A stretch of 64,000 nucleotides of DNA from Laetmonice hystrix (taxonomy: Eukaryota): assembly GCA_965235115.1 (NCBI GenBank), contig OZ249436.1:30630001-30694000 (forward strand), written 5' to 3'. A model generated the notes under the pieces. The model was not told the DNA's origin and searched no databases. It saw nothing but the letters and a program-made list of their open reading frames with translations. This document shows positions 1 to 12,818 of the stretch, piece by piece. The position numbers were made by a program, and so were the translations under genes. The number at the start of each line of letters is the position of its first letter. Position 1 is the first letter of the stretch.

Positions 1-486
1 TGACCCTGGACATTATTTAATCCCTGGTCAATCCTCTACGTATAGGTCCCTTATATCTTACAGGTGTTTCTATATAGTAGCCTGATTATTGTCCTACTGC
101 ATGTTAAACCAAAGACCTTTGATATACATGTATAGGGTTTAGACCATCTTGCACAAGACAAGACAACACGTTTGCATACATAAATCGTGAATTATGCACA
201 GTGGGGGCCGAATTATGCACAACATGCACCCTGAGTCGTTTCTGTCATCACTCGTCTGCCTCTTAAACCCGCTATGATTGGTTATCCCTGTTGGCGCCAC
301 AATGCACTTTGTCGTTGATGGGGGGGGGGGGGGGGGGGGGGGGTCCAGCCGTGTTCTGGAGCTCGTGATGTGAGGTCCACGAACAAGAGCCGCGATTAAT
401 TTGCTCCCCCGGTTGTCGACTCTCGCTTGTGAAGCCTGCGTCAGCTTCCGAGGGAACACTTCCAGAGCTGAGGCTTCGACGGGACG

Positions 487-544
487 ATGTTCCGGGTGAT
501 CGTTCTTACTTTGATCCTCTACAGGTCTACATGGGCGGTTTCAG
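487..544 (+). CDS. GPCR exon 1, signal peptide [19 protein letters not shown]
   Basis: ATG at 487, basic residue then hydrophobic core and AxS end; CAG|GTGGGT phase-1 donor matches the phase-1 acceptor at 8469. Confidence 0.65.
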
Positions 545-3500
545 GTGGGTATAGTATAGATCATTCTTGTTACTAGCTACTGGTACCAGCGCTGCAGGTC
601 ATTGGGCCACTCATCTGGTGTGATGATAAAATGTATTTCCGGCTGAAGACGAGGATGATGGAGAGAAAATAGAAAACAGAGGACACAAAACTAGGTGATG
701 TATAAGATTCCGCAATATATAATGATGTTATCTTTGTCTTTAAACACCATTTTGCAACAGAAGGAAAGATATCAAACGAAAACTCCCGAAAACAAAATAA
801 AGTTATTTCGCTGCGCTATAGATAGGCATGTCTGCCTAAAGTAAAGCGGTGTTCTTCTGACTTTGACGTCATTGTTTTATTTCATTGCTGTTTTGACTAT
901 TAAGGATGAACCCCAGTTCCAGAATCAGAGATTCACAGACCGCAACAACATATTACAGATTGAATTTCCACCTTTAAATTAAAACGGACGCCTTAAGGCC
1001 TGTACCCACTAGCGCGTTTTACCGCTGCGGTCCACGCTGAGCGACAAAACGCGCTAGTGGGTTCAGGCCTTACGGCAAGCACCACCGCCTTCAGGAGATA
1101 TGTGGACATTTCCGAATTACGTGGGATTCCGAATTTTATCACGATGAATACAACAATAACAGCTAAAGGCCTGAACCCACTAGCGCGTTTTGTCGCTCAG
1201 CGTGGACCGCAGCGGTAAAACGCGCTAGTGGGTACAGGCCTTTAAGGAGAATCGCTTCAATTGGTCTGGGCCTGACCTTGTTTGTAGTCGCTATAGGAAT
1301 ATTACTATATAGGCCCTCTTATTGCATAACAAAAAGGTATTTAATTGATGCCTAATGCGCATGTAGAAATTACAAATTTTCACTAAAAGCATTTTATAGT
1401 CAATATCAATACCATAACGCGGAGTATGTTTATACATACGTGAAGAAATTAAAAGTAAATTTAAAATGGAAGTCACCTTTATAAAATAAGTGAATTCTAT
1501 CCTTATCAGACAAATGATCAAAGGAAAGCATAGCCCCAGGACGATAAGTCTATGGCGCTAATATACCCATGCCATTAACTTATTACCTTCCTACGGTTTA
1601 GATCTTGCAGTACAGAAAGAGTAAGACGCTTTTACATTCATTTTCTGTTCCTGGGGAACATGCAATGACGAAGGTGATCATAGACAGGTCATTGGGTTGA
1701 CAGTGCGTGTTTACCGTAATTGAAATATTTGATTCCGAGTTCAGGTCAAGTTCCATATGGCATGGGCAGTGGCGACTGTGCTTCTATAGTTTTAATATTT
1801 TATATTTAACAAAAGATACTTGCCGATATCGACGCGGTAAGCGGTGCCCAAGTGATAGAAAAACATTCACGGCATCGTTTCAATTCTATATACATGTATT
1901 TGTAAATTGACTCCATAAACCTGAACTCCTACGTCAAATTGCATTTACGTCCACTCATCCGATGAAGGTGTATACAACTGCTAAGCCTCGTGGTATCCGG
2001 CGAGTGGCCATCGCACAAGATATGGCTGAGGGATAAACTTTAGGGTCGATTTTCTCAGTTTCACAGTTTTGCAGATACTGCAGTCTCTCTTGGGAGGGCA
2101 GAAATAATCTCGAAGAAATTGCATACGGCGTTCAAGAAAATAGAACAAAGAGAACGACAGTGCCATTTGTCATTGATCAAACACGCCCAACCAACCCGCC
2201 GAACATATATTCGATTCAGTCAATATTTACGATCTCGGTGTCATTGCAGTATTTGCGGGATCACTTCGCACATGTTCGCGCAGACCATCAACATATACTA
2301 TGGTGGCCCATAAGTATCATTGCGTGTTAGGGAATAGTTGCGACTTTTCCGCGTGTTAGAAAAATCCGCGTGTTAGAAAAATCCGCGCGATAGAAAAATC
2401 CGCGTGTTAGAAAAATCCGCGTGTTAGAAAAATCCGCGCTATAGAAAAATCCGCGTGTTAGAAAAATCCGCGCGATAGAAAAATCCGCGTGTTAGAGAAA
2501 TCCGCGCATTAGAAAAATCCGCGCGTTAGAAAAATCCGCGTGTTAGAGAAATCCGCGCGTTAGAAAAATCCGCGCGATAGAAATCCAGCCGTAGCTTTGT
2601 GACGTCACCATAGCTATAGCCATTCAGTGACCAGCGTTTGCGCGGGCTTTAAAGCTCGAACTGAAGGCCTCACTGCTCGGTACTTCCAAGAGATTGGGAC
2701 TATAGTGGACGACAGTCTACATAGTCCAGGGGCAAGGCCTATCAGACCCAACTGGGCTAGTCCCCTGACAATTTTATTTGGGGGTCCAAATTAGGCGGTC
2801 CATGTTGGGTGAACCACCTTGTTGGGGATAGGTCTCACTGAAGGTCTCACTGCTCGAGACTTCCAAGAGATTGGGACTAGTGGACGACTGTGACCTACAT
2901 AGTTCAGGGGCAGGGCTACCAGACCCAACTTATAAATTAGGCGGTCCATGTAGGCGTGAGCCACCTTGTCGGGGGGAGAGGTCTCACTGAAGGTCTCACT
3001 GCTCGGGACTTCCAAGAGAATTGGACTATAGTGGACAGCAGGTCCACATAGTCCAGGGGCAGGGCTATCAAACCCAATTTAGCCCAATAAGAACCTTAAC
3101 AACAATAATATAAACATAATATAAAAGAAACTTTATATAGTGAGATAGTCATGAGCCCCGTTTACATTACCAAAAAATAAGGGTGCTCGGTCCGGACCGA
3201 GAACGGTACCCCTAAAAAAGTGGCAATGTAAACCTGTCAGTCCGGACCTAAAGTGGACCGGGCCGAGACCCCCCGAAGGGGGTTCTTCCCCCATGATAAC
3301 TTTCCACGAAATGTTTGGGCAGGGGTTAGGGTTAAGGTCAAGGATAGGGATAGGATAGGGATACGTTTTTGGGAGGTGTAGGGACTGGAGTTAGGGGTTA
3401 GGGGTTAGGGGTTAGGGCCATGGATCTTTACTTTCCACCAAATTTCGTGGGGTTTAAGTTATCATGGGCGATATACCCAGAAGGGTGATCTCGGTGCGGA

Positions 3501-6500
3501 CCGAGGACGGTACCCCGCCCATGTAAGTGGCAGTGTAAACGTGTCACACAGGGTACCGGGCCCAGTCAACTTGTTTGAGACGGTAGGCCTACTGGACATG
3601 CGCGCAATTCGGTCCGGTCCGAGCACGGTCCACCTGAAGTGGACCGTAAAAGTGGAAGCTATTCTCTAACACGCGGATTTTTCTATCGCGCGGATTTTTC
3701 TAACGCGCGGATTTTTCTAACGCGCGGATTTTTCTAACGCGCGGATTTCTCTAACACGCGGATTTTTCTATCGCGCGGATTTTTCTAACGCGCGGATTTC
3801 TCTAACACGCGGATTTTAACACGCGGATTTTTCTATCGCGCGGATTTTTCTAACGCGCGGATTTCTCTAACACGCGGATTTTTCTAACACGCGGAAATGT
3901 CGCGGTTATTCCCTAACACGTAATGATACCTATGGGCCACCATAATATTCAGATATGCAAGCTTACATCCTGGCAGTTCGAAATGCGGTACTGGAGCACG
4001 TTTATACGTTGGTTGACGCCATGTTGCTGCATGCATCTTGGCATCACACAGCAGGTGATGCTGTCTTCGATTTGTATAATAAGGTATTCCCCCAAGGCAG
4101 GTGCCAGGAACTTTCAAATTACTTGTGACATGTGCTGCAACATTATACGGCGGCTATAGACAGATCCCACGATTTCCTCTTTCGTTGTGATATATGAAGA
4201 GTTTTTATAGACATGGACCTGTATCATTGATTCTCATGTTAGTCAAACTGATCTCTGCGATGTTGGGCCACTTCCTATACCACAAAAGGTAAACACAATA
4301 CAACAGAGCAAAGCTCTTTAAAGGGATTCTCACCCGCGAGATGAGTCTTCATATTTATGCTCACCTCCTGACCGCTCACGTAGGCCTAAATATGCCACTG
4401 AATGTTTTTTTTCATATTGGTTCTGTTAACACATTCTATGAGAAGACAGCTGTAAAATTATCCCTGATGGTGGATAGATTACAAAAACTAGCAATCACGA
4501 TGAATTCCGCCGTTTTGGCATGTCGCCAATCGTTTGAACGTTGTGTTGTTGTGGTGTAGAGCACAGAGGTCTTCGGTAACAGTCCCCAACTAATGTAGTT
4601 CCAGAATTCGTCAAAAGAATATCCGTGACTTTACCGAGAATAATGCTGACAATACTCGAAATCTATTTTCGTTAGGACAAATCGAATATCTAAATTGCAA
4701 ATATTGACAGAAGAGCTTCTGCTTTGCACCGACCATAATTTGCATAGCCCTGCGCACAGAAATATCAAAAATAACTTCCGGGGTCTCGAAAGCAAAGTAG
4801 GTCATTTTCAGTGACTGAAATAAGATTTGGCGACTTTTAGAAGTTATTTACATAATATCCGCCAAGCCCACATAGAAAGTTGGGGAGATTTGGATCATAT
4901 CGGAGAACCGCAATGAAAACATATTTTTTTGTACGTACGACTTGAAATTTGTGAGATACTCTCTTTAAGACATGCCTAAAGATTGATCATTTACACATCC
5001 GTCATGTAGCTCAGGTTACGTTTGATATGGTTTCTGGTGTGGGCAGTGTCCACTTTAATATCTACCAAATGATGTGCATGTTCATGGATGTATTTCGGCA
5101 AGTTTTTAATGGGTGTTATACCAACATGAGATGTCCACCAACAAACGTGATCCCTTGTATAGATCGGTGTCCCGCATGCGACCCGAGGCATAGCACCTTG
5201 AATTACCACTTTTTCATCCTATACACATTACTATAGATATAAGTACTGCAACATGGGAAGACTGGAGAGACATCAACGTTCAGTTTGAAATAACATCTTA
5301 ACAATTTCTCGATATCAACATGTAGGCCTACAGTTGGTGAAAAGTTGTTTATATGCAGACAACACCTAAAACAATTGGTCAATCGACTGCACTAAATTTT
5401 CACTCGGCCGGATCAGAGACCACACGGCTCACGTCAGGGAATGGTCGTGCCGTCACGGGTAAGAATAAATATATAGGCTATTATCGCTCGGGTGTGATCA
5501 GGTCCAGTCCATAGCGTTATAGGGAGCGTAAAGTCTCGCGACCGAAAACGAGGTTCGGCCTAACTAGGTCAGACCGCTGGCGACATACAACTTCCGTTAC
5601 GTCACAATTCTCCACTGCTTTAACATAGGGCGAGCGTAGACCTCTCCAAACATCGGCCTTTCTTTTGACAATTAAATATTTCTTAAGTATGAAGTGTATT
5701 TTTTCTAACATAAGAGATGTTGGTTGTGATGTATAGTAAGTTTGATAACAAAGAGAACAGTAATTGTGGAGTTATCAGTTAGAACGTTTTTTCAATGGGC
5801 CTTCCAATGCTAAATGAACGGAACCGGAATTTGGCTGGCGCCAATTTGGGCCTCCAAACCGCATTTCTCGTCGATTCACGCATTGTGACGTGACATATAC
5901 TTACGGTCCCTATAGAAGGGAAGGACCTTATCACCGTTATGATTGTTGGTATTCTAAAACGTTCTTGCGATATTGTACCTGAACCGAAGAAGAATAGTAA
6001 ACCATCGTCAACACAGCAACCAAGTTATCGTTACGAACGTTTTGGAATACCAACAATCATAACGGTGACAACCTACGCCCGGACTATTTGGCCACAGGAT
6101 GACTTGTGCCGACCACACCACCCTTTTATGTCTCTCGAATTTCTACACTTTTACTATCAGAGTCTATTTCTCTAAAGCAAAGTAAACCGGAAATGGCTCT
6201 GTCGTTCAGAGCTGGGGACCAGGCTACCAACTGGGCATTACATCCGAGGTTATTTCCAACCTGACGGAAACACACGGATATGGCCGCGGGTTCCCGAATG
6301 GGGCTGACAGAGACCATGTGACTTTCATGGTGGTCGAGGGGGCGGAGCAAGGCAGAGGTTTAATCTCCCTGGTAAAAGTGCTTGGTTAAGCAGATGAAAG
6401 AAATAAGTTCCTAATGATACGAACCCCTCGGAACAGTCCCCTGACGTTTTTTTGGGCTGCCTGTTGCCCTTCCGTCCTGCTGAACACCCTTATATTGAGG

Positions 6501-9500
6501 GGGCCTCGGGTGGCCGAGTGGTCTAAAGGTGTCGGCTCCATCATGACACCTAGGACCATCGCCTCACACCGCTGCGACCCGGGTTCGATTCCCGGCCTGG
6601 GCTGCATGTGTGAAAGGTTTGTCAGTCAGTTCCTTCCCGAAGGTCGGTGGTTTCCTCCGGGTACTCCGGTTTCCTCCACCAAGAAAAACTGACTTTCATC
6701 TCATCTTCACCGCCGTGATATGACCCTGGCTGTTGCAAGGCGTAAAACCCCAAATACCCACCCACCCTTATATTGATAGTTTGAACTTTTCTATTCCCTT
6801 TAAGTGGCAGGACGTGCTCTCTACGGACGTACGTAATGCCTGACATGTGCTCAAGTGTCTGCGAGGTCCGAGACTGATTAGTCGAAATGAGACAATGTCA
6901 TGTCAAAGTTTTAACGTCTTACGAAATAGAGCATCTCATAGAAGTAGTTCTGATATATTTATGGTGGTTTTGATAAAGACTACCTTCCACAAATATATTA
7001 TTTCTAAAATCTTCGGTAGGCAGTGTGTCCTTCATCAATGCTATGATGTAAAATTATAAATTGGCAGAAATGAGGACCAGAAATACATGATTGGAGTCCG
7101 TGAGATAGGTCTCCGAGACCTTGCATCACTCGCCAAGCCGATCTGATGGCTCAAGTTTAAAGTGATACAAACATCACAACTAACATGAAATTTTGGACCA
7201 GATCCTGATAATACTTATAATTTGTCGTTGTTCTGTAATGGCGTGAACTGTCTGTAATCCGGGATCAAAATGACCGTGCACACGTCACTTCCGGTTTTCG
7301 GTCAAGAGCAGTCGGAAACGAGACTGCGATGTGGCGCGTGATTCAAATTTTCAATATTTTTACAAATGTTACTTTCTGGGAGAAAAACCTATCCCGGACA
7401 CGTCTGCAACTCACAGTGATCTATCTAGATCAGTAAAGGTGCCTATGTGATGTCTGTAGCACTTTAATCCCTGCCACAGGCGGCGCATGCTCTCCGAAGT
7501 CACCGCGATAGGGCCAAACAGGGGTCATTTACTGCATGGATAACGGACAATATACGAACATTTAATATGGGATTGACATACATACGCTGTCTCTATACTC
7601 TTCAGACCATGTTAGTACTTTTTTCTATCCCTTTCTAGGAATCTTTTGGTCAGTAAAGAGTTTTTGTTACTGATCAGACGGTTCATCGCCCGATGAATTT
7701 CACTGGATGTTAAAGTGAATGCCAGGTCCATAACCAGCCATGAAACGTTCGCTTCATGGCGACAGCACTTCTGACATGTAAAAACTCCGTCACCGTTATA
7801 ACTGAACACAAGATAGTTCGCATAAATCCAGGAATTTGTCTCTTGTATCACTAAGTTGTATTAACCTATTTTGTAGTACGATAGATTTCTATTCTTTCAC
7901 AGTACTTGAATGTGGCAAAGACAACCTTCTTGAATCGAGAAGATTTTGGTTCAACACGTAGGGAACAAAATTTGTAAAAAAAAACAAAAAGAAAAGGTAA
8001 TTGTAGTGGAGGCACTGTAGCTGGAAACATGCAGGAAACGAAAGCCTTCTGCCGGGATATATGCCTAGAAGTCAAATGGTAACAGTTGAAGTGGGAAGAA
8101 CTGTGTAAAATTCATTGAGAAGGAAGCCTGACTGTACGTCACTACACGCGAACTAAACTTGATTGTCGCCTTTCAATGCCCCGTATAGGCTCATCTGTTC
8201 GAACAAAGGGCCTGATCTCTCCTCATAACAATACACCACTCTGCTTTGTTTCTGAAACAATCCCCCCTTTAAGAATTATAGCCTTTCATTCGTGTGAGAA
8301 TGAAGATTCGATGGTGCGTGTCTGGTTCTGAACAGTTGCAATAATTACGAAACATGAAACCTCCACAACAAACCCATTCATTGCAACGTTTTAAGTAACA
8401 TGGTGAGCTTCGAAATGGTATCAGGAGTTATCGCCAAACCTGAAAGACTTGCAACTTTTATATTTCAGGGAATGTTACTACTGCCACGCCCTCCACCGTC
8501 CCAGACCTTGATGCGTCGTCATGTCAGGATCGCTGTGTCGAGAAGTACTTCCCGGGAAAGGTGTGCTACTGCAACAGCGCCTGTAATAATTATGAAAACT
8601 GCTGTTATGATTTCTATAGAGAATGCCAACGTAAGTCTTTATTTTGGCCCTTTTTTTGAGAGAGAGAGGGAGATTCTTTTATTTACGAGTGAAAAATGGT
8701 ACAGGTGTTCGTTAGAGATGAAGAAGTTCTTGTAAGAACTTATGTACATCCTGGGTAACATGCACGTTATAACATATAATTTGGCTCCACTAGCCATAAA
8801 CAAAGCAATAATAGATAGATAACTCAATTTAAAGGGTAATGTTCACGTACAGGACCTTACAAACATGATATAGTATTTACTTTTATACATGAACACATAA
8901 TGAGGATGAGGAGAATGAGTGCAAAGTTGTCATAACTATGTGTCAAACTTACATGGGAGTTACATTTGTTTACATGGTTCCAAATAGTGTCAGGGAAGTG
9001 TACATAAAATATATAGGCACAATATAGATACATACAAGTAGTATAAGGATAAGTCGTGCAGATAAGTCTTAGAAGGAGAGGTTTTAGCTACTTGTAAAAT
9101 GCAGGTCCTGTACTTATATGTTTATTAATGTTGGGGTGATATGAGACAATATGGAATAAGAAGGTACATAATCAGTTAATACATTGTAGTTTTAAATTGT
9201 CTATCAGTCCTTTTTTAACATGTTTAAAACTATGTATTGAAGTATTTAATGCAATTTTGCCATCTTTCATGAGTTTGTTGAAAATTGTGGGGCCTTGGGT
9301 AAATATAGATTTTTCCAGTACTTTCCCTCCGATAGCCAGTAGGTTATAGTGCTCTGATTGTCTTCTCATGCAAGAATATTTTTTATACCCTCGATAAAAG
9401 ACGAGGCACCCAATACAGGCAATTTACATCTATGGTTTCTAAAGGATGGCTTGACCCTCAATCGATGAAGGCGAATTTCTTCTTTTTCTTTTTTTACCCA

Positions 9501-12500
9501 ATTTCCCGACCCCCGACCCCCCATTTCTTTCTTTCTTTGCCAACTTATTCCACCCTACCATATAGGCATAGAGCCTAAAACACTTCTGTAAAAAAGAAAT
9601 AAACAATGACCGACTACGGCTTATGCATCCTGACAAAAAGAGTTTTTGAATACTTGGTTTTATAACAGCTGATCGTGTTTGGGGAGACTCGTGGGTAGAC
9701 TACAACGACCATTCCTATCGATATTTTGAGGATAACACGGCTACCTCAGTGATAGCCTCCAAACAATGCTACCAGCAGGGCGGCATGCTGGTCAGCATCA
9801 ATGACCAGGGCGAGCTCGACTTTCTCATCACGGACGTCATCAAAAAACGCACAATGAGCGTCTTTATTGGCGCCAAAAACCAACCTCCTGGTGAGTATAC
9901 AACGGCTGCATTTGAATACACTACAGCTCCTTCAGATGTACAGTGGGTGTGGGCTGACGGAGCCCGTGTGACTTTCAGATGTACAGTGGGTGTGGGCTGA
10001 CGGAGGCTGTGTAACTTTCAGATGTACAATGGGTGTGGGCTGACGGAGCCCGTGTGACTTTCAGATGTACAGTGGGTGTAGACAGACGGAGGCTGTGTAA
10101 CTTTCAGATGTACAGTGGGTGTGGGCTGACGGAGCCCGTGTGACTTTCAGATGTATAGTGGGTGTGGGCTGACGGAGGCTGTGTAACTTTCAGATGTACA
10201 TGGGTGTGGACAGACGGAGGCTGTGTAACTTTCAGATGTACAGTGGGTGTGGGCTGACGGAGCCCGTGTGACTTTCAGATGTACAGTGGGTGTGGGCTGA
10301 CGGAGACCGTGTAACTTTCAGATGTACAGTGGGTGTGGGCTGACGGAGGCTGTGTAATTTTCAGATGTACAGTGGGTGTGGGCTGACGGAGGCTGTGTAA
10401 CTTTCAGATGTACAATGGGTGTGGGCTGACGTAGACCGTGTGACTTTCAGATGTACAATGGGTGTGGGCTGACGGATCCCGTGTGACTTTCAGATGTACA
10501 GTGGGTGTGGGCTGACGGAGGCTGTGTAACTTTCAGATGTACAGTGGGTGTGGGCTGACGGAGGCCGTATGCCGCTACCTTCGTCCTCCGGTTGGCACGT
10601 CTGGTACTCCGGGGAACCAGACAGCAACACGGGTCTCGAGACGTGTGCTCTCCTCACCAACTACAAGTTCTGGGCAGTCCGCAAAGTTTCTTTCGGTTCC
10701 TACTTCTGGGTCGATTTTCGCTGTGATTCTAACGGCAAACAGGTGCAAGGATACATCTGTGAACGTAAGTCAGGATGGATTGTTTTGTAAGCTTTATTAC
10801 AAAAGCTACAATATAATGCAGTTCACAGCAATGCGTCTTGGTGCTACTCTACTATTGTTACGGGTCTGTACGAATTGCTTATCGTACATCTTCACATGAT
10901 TTAATGTACAGTATACTATGAATTGGATTTGCAGGGACACTAGAGTGTGAACCTAACCCCTGCCAGAACAATGGAACGTGCCGATATGTTGGAGGAGAAC
11001 GGGAATATCTTTGTGAATGCCCCCAAGGTTTCGTTGGAACTAACTGCGAAATACAGTGTATGTGTACTTTTGTTTGATGAGACGCCTTGCGTTTGGACAC
11101 TTCATGATTGCCTAATAATACGATTGTGTATGCCGGACTGGTAATACGTCATAATGTCAACACAATATATTGTAATCTGAATCTGCCGAGCGATAAACAT
11201 GCAAACCAATCAAAAAGTCCCTTTTTGGTTCTATTCAATTGTACTTCATACCAACAAAAAGATGGTCTATGTTGCATGGAATTATAAGCGATACAGAGAT
11301 GAACTATAATGCTGTGTTTTGGATGGCCTGTAGTGATTGATGGCGAGCTGTGGACACGGTGCGGGGAGACTAGCCTCTTGGGCCCGCAGGGGCAGCTCAC
11401 CTCCCCGCTCTACCCGGAGTTCTACCCTCCCAACGTCCGCTGTGTGTGGACCGTCACTGTCAGCGACGGGAATACCATCTCACTAAGGTCAGTGGCCGCA
11501 GAGCACTCTGGGGCCCATTTCACTAACGGGGAGTGTCCCTGGGGACATCCTGGCGACATTCCCTTATCACTGTTCCAGTGGAGGAGAGACATTTTAGTGG
11601 AATACTTTGAGTGGGGATGTCCCCAAATCGAGGTGTCGCGGGGATGTCATTGTTAGTGAAATGGGCCCCTGAGTCGGAGGTGGGATGTCATATAAATATG
11701 ACCAGTTACAGTTTTTTATACCCCCATATCTGCCCTATTAATCCTTGTGAGTGTATGGATGTATTATTTTCGAAGGAATTCTTACTACCTCTCAAACGTA
11801 GGCTCATCCGTGTGAAAAGTCTCACGGTCCTCTCTGCCATTTTGTTTTCTAGGTTTCTCGACAAGGAAATAGAGTCTGGGAAGGATTGCGCTTTTGATTC
11901 AATACGGGTGTTTGACGGTCCCGACACCAATGGTTCGCTGCTCTTAGAACCGGTTTGTGGCTCCAATAGCCCCCAGCTCGAGTTAGTACCAATTGTTTAT
12001 ATTGTGCCGACCCTGACTATAAGCTTCGATCGACAGTCTCTGTGATGTACAGTGTCTGGTTGTGTTTTTGCCTTGAATCAGTGTCCTTTCTTAGTCCAGG
12101 ATGTTGCTTATTGCCTTTATCGTGAGACTAAGAGACATTGTGGCTTGCGCCAGGCAAATGGGTTTAAAGCAATCACCGAGTATCTCTCATTTCAATGACT
12201 TCAAAATGCAGACATGGACTGTAAGGTTAGATAAAGCCTTAGACTACCTAAATCAATAAATTTTTACCCAAAACAATGGAGAAATCTAATAAAATTCAAC
12301 ATTCCAGTTGCATATTGTCGCCATGAAGCGAACGTCTCATGGATGGTTGTTGACCTGGCATTGACTTAGACAGCCAATGCAATTCATCGGGCGATGAACC
12401 AACTTCTAATGAGTTTGTTCCATTGATCTATGCTCTGCATCTTATGGGGAGATCTGTAACTCCCGGGGAAAGAGAGCCGAGACCGCAGTGAAGTAGCAAA

Positions 12501-12776
12501 TGTAGGGGGGTCAGCATCAGTTGCCAGTCGAACCCGGAACAGATATGTCGATTTGCTCACCCTGCTGCTAGACCTTGAAGGGCTCCTGTAGACCAGTTGC
12601 GCCTCTTCTCTTGGCAGATCTAGCCTGGAAATTACTTAGACGCTACATTTGTCCAGGCGGGTGTTGGCATCGGGTTACTCTGTCGTCCCATCAGATTTGG
12701 TGAATCTCTCCAGCAGGCTATAGCTAGTTGTCTCATCAGGCTCCATACACTCTGCTTCTCCTTTCTGCTCCTCTAT

Positions 12777-12818
<42 letters not shown>

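Noticed and set aside
3320..3420. Interstitial telomere or telomerase-RNA template
   Set aside because: Short, degenerate TTAGGG-like units inside a small inverted-repeat element.
6499..6605. tRNA gene
   Set aside because: The A/B boxes belong to a SINE head with a body, tail and 14-bp TSD; no clean cloverleaf.
9936..10563. CRISPR-like regular array
   Set aside because: Units are contiguous with no unique spacers, no cas genes are present, and the context is a eukaryotic intron/exon boundary.
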